Shown: positions 1 through 8,546 of the stretch, piece after piece
Position numbering within the stretch: the first letter of the stretch is position 1
Layout: each line of letters starts with the position of its first letter
Assembly (NCBI GenBank): GCA_036481315.1
Contig: JAZGHS010000212.1
Location: 22,363-86,362 of the forward strand
Length of the DNA stretch: 64,000 bases
Reading direction: 5' to 3'
From: Candidatus Zixiibacteriota bacterium
Lineage (GTDB): Bacteria > Zixibacteria > MSB-5A5 > UBA10806
Position numbers and translations under genes: made by a program
Notes under the pieces: generated by a model
What the model was told of the DNA's origin: nothing
Seen by the model: the letters and a program-made list of their open reading frames with translations, nothing else
Database searches by the model: none

Positions 1-1
1 T

Positions 2-319
2 TCTCCCAAATACAACAACGGACGATCCATTAATGTCATCAACCAGAAGCTCGGTTACCTGGTTCGGGGCGGCGATCCCGACGCTACCGATTCTATAGTG
101 CCCATGGCCTATGGCAACCTGGCGCTCGATCTTATCCTCAAAGGGATTCACGGACGGCTCGTGGTTTTGAAAAACGGGCAGTATGGCGATATGCCTATCG
201 ACGTTGTTACCGGATCGAAGAAAATTGTCAACGTGGAAAAATACTACAATACCGATCGGTTACGGCCCAAATATAAGAGTTTCGAAAACCTGCCTATGTT
301 TATTATGACGAGTGATTAG
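2..319 (+). CDS. pfkA: 6-phosphofructokinase, C-terminal fragment (5' end lies outside the window)
   Basis: Open frame from base 2, so the track ORF 98..319 is only the Met-initiated tail. Translation ...KLGYLVRGGDPDATDSIVPMAYGNLALDLILKG... matches the conserved PFK C-terminal RGG-P-A-DR region. Ends TAG at 317-319, convergent with the next gene. Confidence 0.6.
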   Translation, partial: SPKYNNGRSINVINQKLGYLVRGGDPDATDSIVPMAYGNLALDLILKGIHGRLVVLKNGQYGDMPIDVVTGSKKIVNVEKYYNTDRLRPKYKSFENLPMFIMTSD

Positions 320-336
320 GAGGCCTGTAGTAGGAT

Positions 337-1389
337 TCAGGGAAAAATAATGGTGGATGTCGCGTCGTTATTTATATTCCCGGTAATCGTACAATTTCTA
401 ATCCCTATATATGTATGATCCCAGGCATGTATACCATCGCCTCCATCCAAGCCGGTCAAATGCGTTGAGAAAAAGAAAAGATTTATCGATGATCCGATAT
501 CAGCGCCGGATCCGCCCGGAGCTCCCATCCAACAATAATAATCACTGCCAATATTGCCGCTGAAATCCGAATTTTGTATTATAATGTTGGAGGAATTGGT
601 TATCCGAGCTCCTGGTCCTCCACCTGTACAAATCGGATAATCGGGATATTCGGGAGAAAACCATACGTTAAACGGTCCTCCATTTGCGATGACGTTATCA
701 ATTAATACAAAAGTGGAATTATAAATAATTAACCCTGGAGGTCCAGGGCTGGACGATTCATATCCATTATATTTATCAACCTTGAGGTTTTTCACAATAA
801 CGCTATCTGACTCAACACGCATGATATGATCATCGATTATTGTATTTTCACCATTACCTATTAAACTTAATGAGTGCGAAATAATAACATTCTCCTCATA
901 ACTACCGTCCGCCACCACGATAACATCACCTATATTTGACGCATATATGGCATCCTGAATCGTAGGGTAATTCTCGGGAACATATATGGTATCCGGGAAA
1001 GGGTTAACCGGCAAGAAAAGGGCCAAATTAACGGCTAATTCGGCTTCAGTTTCATTGTTATCATTATCGCGGGCAACGGCCTTAACATTAAACTCTCCTG
1101 ATTCATGCCAAAACGTCGTATCCACGTAATTGTAAGGCAATTCTGTATCGGTAAATTTCAGATCATTATTGGTATAAAACTCCACCGATTCAATAGTCCC
1201 ATCGCTGTCGGAAGCCTCAACCGTAATATCGATATCCCCGATTAAGACCGTGTCACCATCGCCCGGAAATGTAATAACACATTGAGGCGGTAAATTGGCC
1301 GCTTCGTCTGGGTCGGTTGGTTGTTTAGTATCACAGGCTAAAACTAATCCGACGATTATTAGGAATCTCACATAGGCGAAAACTCGCAT
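337..1389 (-). CDS. secreted or lipoprotein with an N-terminal Ig-like domain and a right-handed parallel beta-helix (pectin-lyase fold)
   Basis: Signal peptide with a lipobox-like LVLAC. Big-like segment (VITFPGDGDTVLIGDIDITVEASDSDGTIESVEF), then a beta-helix cap IYVPENYPTIQDAIYASNIGDVIVVADGSYEE, paralogous to the ORF at 7848. Confidence 0.5.
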   Translation of the reverse strand: MRVFAYVRFLIIVGLVLACDTKQPTDPDEAANLPPQCVITFPGDGDTVLIGDIDITVEASDSDGTIESVEFYTNNDLKFTDTELPYNYVDTTFWHESGEFNVKAVARDNDNNETEAELAVNLALFLPVNPFPDTIYVPENYPTIQDAIYASNIGDVIVVADGSYEENVIISHSLSLIGNGENTIIDDHIMRVESDSVIVKNLKVDKYNGYESSSPGPPGLIIYNSTFVLIDNVIANGGPFNVWFSPEYPDYPICTGGGPGARITNSSNIIIQNSDFSGNIGSDYYCWMGAPGGSGADIGSSINLFFFSTHLTGLDGGDGIHAWDHTYIGIRNCTITGNINNDATSTIIFP

Positions 1390-1437
1390 AAAATAAATAT
1401 GTTGCGTTGAGTCTATGATGTCAAGGGAAATCGCCGT

Positions 1438-3960
1438 TTACAGCACCCGCGCGGCCACGAGGGTGAAATCATCATCGAAAGATGTATCGCCGATAAACCG
1501 CTCGACATCCGATTCGAGATTTGTCAAAAGCTCACTGGCGGGAAGCCGACTATTTGCCGCGAGAAATTCTTTGATTCTCTCTTCGCCGTACATATCGTTA
1601 ACGTTATTCTCGGCCTCGCTGACACCGTCGGTATAGAGAAATAGCAGATCTCCCTTATTAAGAACTACCGAACCCTGCTCGTAAACGGCGTTGGGGAACG
1701 CTCCGAGAAGAAGTCCTCCCTCGCCAAGCTCTTCAATCTTCCCATTATCTCGAATAACCACCGGCGGGTTATGTCCCGCGTTAACATATGTGAACACCGA
1801 TTCTCGATTGTCGAATACCCCCACGAAAAAGGTGATAAATTGATCCTGTGTGGTATTCTCGAAGATCAGATCGTTGATCTGCGCCACGATCTCGGCCAGC
1901 TCGTTTTTAATTTTCAGGGCGGTTTTTAGCGACGCTTGCAGGTTGGACATTATCAACGCCGCCCCCGCCCCTTTGCCCGAAACGTCGCCGACGGTTAATA
2001 CCGTCCGGCTGTCATCGAGCTTGATAACATCGTAATAATCGCCAGCTACCTCCAGGCAGAAACGGCTTTTCGCGCCTACGTCGAGGCCGGGAGTTTCGGG
2101 CAGTTTCTCTGGAAATAATCGTTCCTGCACTTTACGGGCCATGCCCAGTTCATGTTCGAGCCGTCGCTTGTTGATATTCTCCTCGATAAGAACCATATTC
2201 TCGCTGGCCACAGCCACCTGCGATGCCAGCGACATGAGCACGGAAAGATCCTCCGCTTTGAAATCACCCTTGTCCGAGCTAAAAGGCAAAGCCAGAAACC
2301 CGATCAGGCGAGATCGGGTAACCAGAGGCAGGATCATGGCGATATGACGATCGTTGAGCCATTGCTCTTCTTCGTAGGCGATGTCGAACCGCTCGCTCGC
2401 TTCGGCCTCGTCGAGCATAAGTGGATGATTTTTCAAGCCTGAGAGTTCCTTGATAAACGCGCTATCGGGCTTGAATGGAAGCTCGGATTTCTCTCGCCAA
2501 TGATAAAATTTATCAGCTTTTTCGAAATACATTATGGGATACACGGTATCGATCTTCAGAGATTCGGCAAGCTTTTGTTCCAGTTGTATCCAGAAAGTCT
2601 CCTGCTCAGTAAATGTTTGCCCCTGCTCCAGAAAATCGCGGAGCATGCGTTTGAGGCGATTCCTCTCCGGGTAGATTTTATCCTCGGCGAATGTTTGGAT
2701 CTTCTGTTGGGCCGGTATAAAACCGATAGCCAGAAACAGGGCCACAAGCAATGCCGGTCCCCTGTCCACTATACCGATTGTGTCTAACAAAAATTCGCTG
2801 ACTCCATAGATGGTCAGGTAGAATACAATTAATAGAACCACAGTAACCGCCGCGTATCTGGTGCCCCGCTTGATCCTGCCTTCTATTTCAAGTAAACGAT
2901 ACCGTCCAAACGAATAAGCAAACGATATCGGCGATAAAAGCAGCCCGAATAACATGATGATCAATAAACCTACACGATAAAATTCGCCCAGTCCGGTCAG
3001 CCATTGTCCGGCCGCTATCGCGATTATAATAATTAAGAAAAATACCGCCAGTCCGATTCCGGTTCCCCAAAGAACCAGCCTGGTTTGCCTTTTTTCGAGG
3101 CTGTTTTTTGTTTTGATATGATATCGGGCCAGGATAACAAAACCGATCGTAACCTGCACAAGAACGGTCAATCCCAGAAGGGCGAGAATCGTATTACCGA
3201 ATTCAAAATAGTTTCCCGCTACCAGTACCGCCGGTAATGGCAGGTAGATAGCCAGGTATACCGGTATAGGGTGATTTTGAATGATCTTTCTCGGTCTCGG
3301 AAACAGAAGTTGGAGATTCAACCAGAACGCGCCAAACATCAATCCTATTCTATTCAAATAGGGAAATAATTCGCTTAAAAATATATTGGAATAAAGATCT
3401 ATCTGATCATGGCCGAAAGTGATCGCGGTGATAACGATCGAGGCCATAGCCAACGAGAATAAAAGAAGCGCCCGAACCGGGTTCGAATCGGGCCGTTTGA
3501 CGAATGCCCACAACCCCACACCGATAAAAGAAAGAACAATCAACAACCTTAAAATAGAAAGCAGTAAAAATTGAATAACCTCTTTATTAGTCGACGCCTT
3601 GGATTCCATCGTCGCGACCGATGTGTCACTGTCATGGATATATTTGAATTCGATTTGTCGGCCGGGAGGATGAGGCTTAAAAAGCGTGTCTCTTAAGTAT
3701 TCCTCGCTCGCGGGATAACCATCGATTGCCAGAATAGTATCGCCGGAATCCGGTACCGGTTTAGAGACGAAATCCTCGTCACCAATATCCGCGAAGGTAA
3801 CGACGCTATCGGGTTCGAAATTAAAGCCGGTTCCGATTACGCCCGATGATTTCCAATTGATAAAGTTAATAGTCTCGCCAACATAGAACAGAACTACAGT
3901 GATAATAACCATAGAGGTTATCAGAATTACTGTTGCTTTAACAAGCTTATTGAACATCAT
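1438..3960 (-). CDS. 7TM-sensor / GAF-like / PP2C (SpoIIE, RsbU-type) serine phosphatase
   Basis: N-terminal TM segment, a periplasmic domain, about 7 TM helices, then a cytoplasmic PP2C core (VGDVSGKGAGAALIMS... YTDGVSEAENN). Confidence 0.7.
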   Translation of the reverse strand: MMFNKLVKATVILITSMVIITVVLFYVGETINFINWKSSGVIGTGFNFEPDSVVTFADIGDEDFVSKPVPDSGDTILAIDGYPASEEYLRDTLFKPHPPGRQIEFKYIHDSDTSVATMESKASTNKEVIQFLLLSILRLLIVLSFIGVGLWAFVKRPDSNPVRALLLFSLAMASIVITAITFGHDQIDLYSNIFLSELFPYLNRIGLMFGAFWLNLQLLFPRPRKIIQNHPIPVYLAIYLPLPAVLVAGNYFEFGNTILALLGLTVLVQVTIGFVILARYHIKTKNSLEKRQTRLVLWGTGIGLAVFFLIIIIAIAAGQWLTGLGEFYRVGLLIIMLFGLLLSPISFAYSFGRYRLLEIEGRIKRGTRYAAVTVVLLIVFYLTIYGVSEFLLDTIGIVDRGPALLVALFLAIGFIPAQQKIQTFAEDKIYPERNRLKRMLRDFLEQGQTFTEQETFWIQLEQKLAESLKIDTVYPIMYFEKADKFYHWREKSELPFKPDSAFIKELSGLKNHPLMLDEAEASERFDIAYEEEQWLNDRHIAMILPLVTRSRLIGFLALPFSSDKGDFKAEDLSVLMSLASQVAVASENMVLIEENINKRRLEHELGMARKVQERLFPEKLPETPGLDVGAKSRFCLEVAGDYYDVIKLDDSRTVLTVGDVSGKGAGAALIMSNLQASLKTALKIKNELAEIVAQINDLIFENTTQDQFITFFVGVFDNRESVFTYVNAGHNPPVVIRDNGKIEELGEGGLLLGAFPNAVYEQGSVVLNKGDLLFLYTDGVSEAENNVNDMYGEERIKEFLAANSRLPASELLTNLESDVERFIGDTSFDDDFTLVAARVL

Positions 3961-4344
3961 TTGTTGTCCTGAAAATAATCGACAGTTTTACTTCATACCA
4001 TTTTCTAATTTTGAACGTCGATTTCATCAAGGTACTATATTATATCTTCATGGTGAAAAGGTCAATACGTCATTTCCCGCCCGTGGGTGCGAATCATGTT
4101 CCATTCGCGATAGGCTCGTCAAATGGAATCGAGAGTTAGAGGAAAGGGCGGCCAACCACCCTTCCCTCATTATCAATTCCAGCCCTAATGTCAATAATTG
4201 TATTACTTTAGAGGTTTATAACCAAATAGATATCGTGATAGGAAATAGGGCGGATTTAATAGAAGATTACCCTGATTTATCCGGCAAAGGGAACTTTCAG
4301 TATTTATCGGCTCAAAACCAGAGCTTTCCGTCCTTTATTTATCG

Positions 4345-4372
4345 TTGACAATTATAATAAAGGATTTATATT
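4345..4372 (+). promoter_or_regulatory. candidate sigma70 promoter for the 4462 gene (TTGACA-N16-TATATT)
   Basis: TTGACA at 4345-4350 and TATATT at 4367-4372, in an AT-rich 500-bp divergent intergenic region. Confidence 0.3.
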
Positions 4373-4461
4373 TAACATGCTTACTACTTCTTTGATAATT
4401 GGTTAGGGTTTACGTTTTTCAGTTTTAATCTTCGAGGGAATGCTCGAACCACGGAGGATCT

Positions 4462-7158
4462 ATGGTTTCCAAGCTAAGGGTTACAACATTTGTATTCGCT
4501 GCGATTCTGACTTTAGTGATTATCGCAAATGCCCAACAAAGAACTTATGAAAATTCGGGAGGATCCGGCAACCTGATAACATCTGTTCCCAGGACGATGA
4601 CCTATCAGGGAATTCTAAAAGATAATGCCGGAGATCCTGTTCCCAATGAAGTGGTAAATATCACTTTTAGAATCTTCAACGACCCGTCAGCCGGAGATTT
4701 GATGTGGGATGACGCACTTTCTATATCCACCGATGACGGCGGGTATTTCATGGCTTCCCTGGTAAATTTGAATATTCCATTCGATGAGAATTACTACCTG
4801 GAATTACAGGTAGAGGGCGAATCACCCATGGCTCCGCGGATACCGCTCGATATGTCGGCATACGCCGCCCGATCAGATACCAGCGATTACGCTTTCGCCG
4901 GTGGCGGCTGGGTCGACGACGGTTTCACTGTCAGACTTCAATCATCTATCGACAATGTCGGTATCGGGACATCGAGCCCATCGAACAAACTGCATGTTGT
5001 CGGTTCCGAATCTGTTCCCATACTCAATGTCGAGCAAACAGGATCGTTCAGGGCGGCCCGGTTCTTCAGCCAGAATGCATGTGCCCTATGGGTTGAGAGC
5101 GCCGGAAACCACGGGTTAAGAATCACTAACGCAGGTGGAAATGGAGTTTATGTCCAGAATGCTGGCGGTGATGGCATAAATGTAGCTAACGCTACCGGCT
5201 GGGCCGGGTATTTCAACGGCACCGGGTATTTCGCAGGAAATTTAGGGATAGGTACGGAGACACCAGCGGAGATGCTCGATGTGGCGGGAAATCTATTAGT
5301 AAGCGGTAAAGCAACCATCGGCCCGGGTCATACTAATACCGGGACCAGCGCATTTGTTGCGGGTCAGGATAACACCGCAAGCAACCAATATGCCACTGTC
5401 GGAGGCGGCAGGAACAACGCCGCAAGCGGCCAATATGCTACGGTAAGCGGCGGCGAATATAATGCCGCCAATGGTGACTATTCCACAGTCGGCGGCGGAA
5501 CCTTTAATATCGTAACGGGCTATTTTTCTACAATCGCCGGAGGCGTGGAAAACACAGTCAACGGTGAAAGTCATTCAATCGCCGGAGGAAACATGAATTC
5601 TATTTCGGGGCCAACTGGATCCTTTATCGGCGCCGGATATAGTAATAACATTACGGTTTCGAACTCCTTCATCGGCGGCGGATATGATAATACCATTACG
5701 GGTTGGGACTCCTTCATCGGGTGCGGACGGTTAAACAGCATAAGCGGCCGGCAAAGTTCAATTCCGGGAGGTCAATTCAATGCTGTTGCGGGCAACCTTA
5801 GTTTTGCCGCCGGGTACCGGGCAAAAGCCAACCATAACGGCACCTTCGTCTGGGCCGACCAGACCGACGCGAATTTTGCCTCGACCGCCGCGGATCAATT
5901 CCTCATTCGGGCATCTGGCGGCGTCGGTATCGGGACAACGAGCCCGGACTATAGGCTGGATGTACAGGGTACTGTCGGAATCGATGTCGGTTCTTTTTCT
6001 GCTGACATTCCGCTGACTATTGAAGTTCCATCCGACCACTCTGCCTTGATCTCCCGTATCGCCAAAGGCGGAAACGTCATAAACGTGGTTGACGGCGATG
6101 GTAATGTGGGTATTGGAACCTTCACCCCCGCTGAGAAATTGGATGTCGTCGGTACGGCCCAGGTGACGGGCTTAAAGATGCCTACGGGTGCTTCGAATGG
6201 TTACGTTTTAACGTCAGATGCTTCGGGAGTAGGGACCTGGCAGGCGGCGGCAGGCGGCGGAATTGGCGGAAGCGGTACGGCTAATTACGTCCCCAAGTTT
6301 ACGGCCTCCACAACTCTCGGCAATTCGATGATCTACGATGACGGAAGCAATGTCGGAATAGGGACGATAGCGCCGAACCATACACTTGAGGTGGGAGACG
6401 GCTTTGGTACTCGGTTTATTGCTATCAACGGGCAAAGCGGCGGCATGTCGGGTTATAAATTGCTGGCCGCGGGAACTCAAAAATGGTTTATGGGCATGCC
6501 CGGAATCTCACAGCTGTATTTTCGAAATGAAACAAACAACGATATAATGGTTTTACGGCAGGACGGTAATGTTGGTATCGGTACGACAACGCCAAATCAT
6601 ACTCTTGAGGTAGGAGACGGCTTTGGTACTCGGTTTATTGCTGTCAATGGACAAAGTGGCGGCATTTCGGGATATAAATTGATGGCTGGAGGATCTCAGA
6701 AATGGTTTATGGGCTTGCCTGGAATCTCACAGCTATATTTCCGAAATGAGACAAACGATGATATAATGGTTTTACGGCAGGACGGTAATGTTGGTATCGG
6801 TACGACAACTCCGGATTACAAATTGGATGTACAGGGTTCTGTCGGTATTGATACTCGTCCATATTCCGGCAATATTCCATTGACCATCGATGTTCCGGCC
6901 GACCAGGATGCGCTGATCTCCCGTATCGCCAAAGGGGGAAGCGTAATTAACGTGGTTGACAAGGATGGCCAAGTCGGCATAGGTACATTCTCCCCTCAGG
7001 GCGCGTTGGACGTTAGTTCGACTACAGGAGCATTTATCGTTCCAAGAATGACCACTACTCAGCGAGATGCCTTGACCGCGGTAAACGGCATGATTATTTA
7101 CAACACCACGGCTAATCAATTCAATTTCCGTGAAAACGGGGCCTGGGTGACAAAATGA
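4462..7158 (+). CDS. large secreted repeat protein: YadA-head-like GG-x-N repeats, eight IGT-x-P...L[DE]V tail-fibre-like repeats, Bacteroidetes-type C-terminal motif
   Basis: Signal peptide. Repeats ATVGGGRNNAASGQYATVSGGEYNAANGDYSTVGGG...; eight copies of (N/G)VGIGTxxPxxxL(D/E)V; C-terminus VPRMTTTQRDALTAVNGMIIYNTTANQFNFRENGAWV. Confidence 0.6.
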   Translation: MVSKLRVTTFVFAAILTLVIIANAQQRTYENSGGSGNLITSVPRTMTYQGILKDNAGDPVPNEVVNITFRIFNDPSAGDLMWDDALSISTDDGGYFMASLVNLNIPFDENYYLELQVEGESPMAPRIPLDMSAYAARSDTSDYAFAGGGWVDDGFTVRLQSSIDNVGIGTSSPSNKLHVVGSESVPILNVEQTGSFRAARFFSQNACALWVESAGNHGLRITNAGGNGVYVQNAGGDGINVANATGWAGYFNGTGYFAGNLGIGTETPAEMLDVAGNLLVSGKATIGPGHTNTGTSAFVAGQDNTASNQYATVGGGRNNAASGQYATVSGGEYNAANGDYSTVGGGTFNIVTGYFSTIAGGVENTVNGESHSIAGGNMNSISGPTGSFIGAGYSNNITVSNSFIGGGYDNTITGWDSFIGCGRLNSISGRQSSIPGGQFNAVAGNLSFAAGYRAKANHNGTFVWADQTDANFASTAADQFLIRASGGVGIGTTSPDYRLDVQGTVGIDVGSFSADIPLTIEVPSDHSALISRIAKGGNVINVVDGDGNVGIGTFTPAEKLDVVGTAQVTGLKMPTGASNGYVLTSDASGVGTWQAAAGGGIGGSGTANYVPKFTASTTLGNSMIYDDGSNVGIGTIAPNHTLEVGDGFGTRFIAINGQSGGMSGYKLLAAGTQKWFMGMPGISQLYFRNETNNDIMVLRQDGNVGIGTTTPNHTLEVGDGFGTRFIAVNGQSGGISGYKLMAGGSQKWFMGLPGISQLYFRNETNDDIMVLRQDGNVGIGTTTPDYKLDVQGSVGIDTRPYSGNIPLTIDVPADQDALISRIAKGGSVINVVDKDGQVGIGTFSPQGALDVSSTTGAFIVPRMTTTQRDALTAVNGMIIYNTTANQFNFRENGAWVTK
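6349..6798 (+). repeat. tandem direct duplication, 2 x 225 bp (75 aa) at about 90% nucleotide identity, inside the 4462 CDS
   Basis: NVGIGTIAPNHTLEVGDGFGTRFIAINGQSGGMSGYKLLAAGTQKWFMGMPGISQLYFRNETNNDIMVLRQDG, immediately followed by a near-identical copy. Confidence 0.8.
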
Positions 7159-7219
7159 AATATATTTTCTTTGAATCAATAGGGCAGGTAAGAGATCTCT
7201 TGATCGCGAGGAGGGTTAT

Positions 7220-7801
7220 ATGAGAATCAAAACGTTAATTATGTTTCTATTCTTCAGTTCGGCGGCATTTGCTCAAAATTACTCCATAGACTGGTACGTT
7301 ATCGCCTCCGGCGGCGGGCATGCCGAGTCTGACAATTATCAGACCGATGGTACGATAGGTCAATGGTTGGTCGGGACCATGTCATCGCCTAATTATATCG
7401 TGGAATCCGGCTACTGGGTCGGCGGCCAGGGTGGTGGTGGTGGTGGATGTGGCTTTTATGTTACTGGCGATTACAACGGAAGCGAATCTTTCAACGTGGC
7501 GGATATTATCAGTTCGTTCTCGAAACTGAAGACCGGCTCCCCCGACGCGGCGTTGCCGTGCGAATGTCCTCAGGGTAGCGGCAATGTCTGGGCGGTGGCT
7601 ATGGATGTCAATAACACCTGCGCTTTCAACGTAGCCGATGTCATCGCTGGATTCTCCAAGTTGAAAACCGGGTCGCCCGAATTGATTCCCTGTGAGCTTT
7701 GTCCCCCCGATTCACCGTCGCCTATACAGCCCGGGAACGAGATTATTCTTATCGTCCCGAACTTAGAGGCCAAAACCGAATTAAACCGTTCAAGCGATTG
7801 A
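7220..7801 (+). CDS. small secreted protein with a Gly-run linker and a C-terminal Cys-containing dockerin-like module
   Basis: Signal peptide ending AFA. (GGT)5 microsatellite at 7430-7444. Module GDYNGSESFNVADIISSFSKLKTGSPDAALPCECPQGSGNVWAVAMDVNNTCAFNVADVIAGFSKLKTGSPELIPCELCPP. Confidence 0.6.
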   Translation: MRIKTLIMFLFFSSAAFAQNYSIDWYVIASGGGHAESDNYQTDGTIGQWLVGTMSSPNYIVESGYWVGGQGGGGGGCGFYVTGDYNGSESFNVADIISSFSKLKTGSPDAALPCECPQGSGNVWAVAMDVNNTCAFNVADVIAGFSKLKTGSPELIPCELCPPDSPSPIQPGNEIILIVPNLEAKTELNRSSD

Positions 7802-7847
7802 ATTTGGGTTTTTTGAATTAATCGACTGTCATGTTAGCTGGGAGAGG

Positions 7848-8522
7848 GTGGTGCGAGCAGTATTCTCGTCTCTTATAACCTATATTCTCGTTTTCGCCTC
7901 CATAGCTTCAGCCACGATCATTAAGGTCCCCGAAGACTACACTACGATACAGGATGGGATAGATATAAGCGTTAACGGCGATACGGTGATGGTAGCCCCC
8001 GGGATCTATAGCGGAAGCAGGAATAGAAATATCACGACAGCTGGAAAAGCGATTCTCGTAATGGGAGAGTTCGGGGCGTTAAATACGATTATCGATTGCG
8101 CGTTCGACCAAACCGGGTTTATCATATCCGATTCGGAGGGGGCCAATACAGTTATTGCCGGTTTTACCATAAAAAATTCATTAAAGGGAATTTTTTGTGA
8201 CGGTACCTCACCGACAATCAAATCATGCATATTCAACGATTTCTTCGCCTATGGCGTTCATGTTGACGGTTATTCCGGAGACCCCGCAGTTTCTCCAATA
8301 ATAGAGGATTGCATTTTCGAACAGGTAAGCAACGATTATTTCGGTTGGGGAGACGGTATATACGGATATCGCGCGGCGAATATTACAATTTCCGGATCAA
8401 AATTCGCCAGATGCGAACACGGCATGAATTATCACGCTTATAACAACTTAAGACCTTATTTCGATATAACCAAGTGCCTGTTCCGCAATATTACCGGCAA
8501 CGGCATCTGGACTCATTCGTGA
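7848..8522 (+). CDS. secreted right-handed beta-helix protein; probably the N-terminal part of a single gene continuing in 8547..9269
   Basis: GTG start and signal peptide. Beta-helix cap IIKVPEDYTTIQDGIDISVNGDTVMVAPGIYSG. Ends at a TGA that is in frame with the next ORF. Confidence 0.55.
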   Translation: MVRAVFSSLITYILVFASIASATIIKVPEDYTTIQDGIDISVNGDTVMVAPGIYSGSRNRNITTAGKAILVMGEFGALNTIIDCAFDQTGFIISDSEGANTVIAGFTIKNSLKGIFCDGTSPTIKSCIFNDFFAYGVHVDGYSGDPAVSPIIEDCIFEQVSNDYFGWGDGIYGYRAANITISGSKFARCEHGMNYHAYNNLRPYFDITKCLFRNITGNGIWTHS

Positions 8523-8546
8523 AACTCCCTTTCACCGACGGGTTCG

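Noticed and set aside
3899-4348. 149-aa plus-strand ORF in the divergent intergenic region
   Set aside because: AT-rich, no RBS or domain signal, and it overlaps the start of the PP2C gene on the other strand. It looks like a promoter region rather than a gene.
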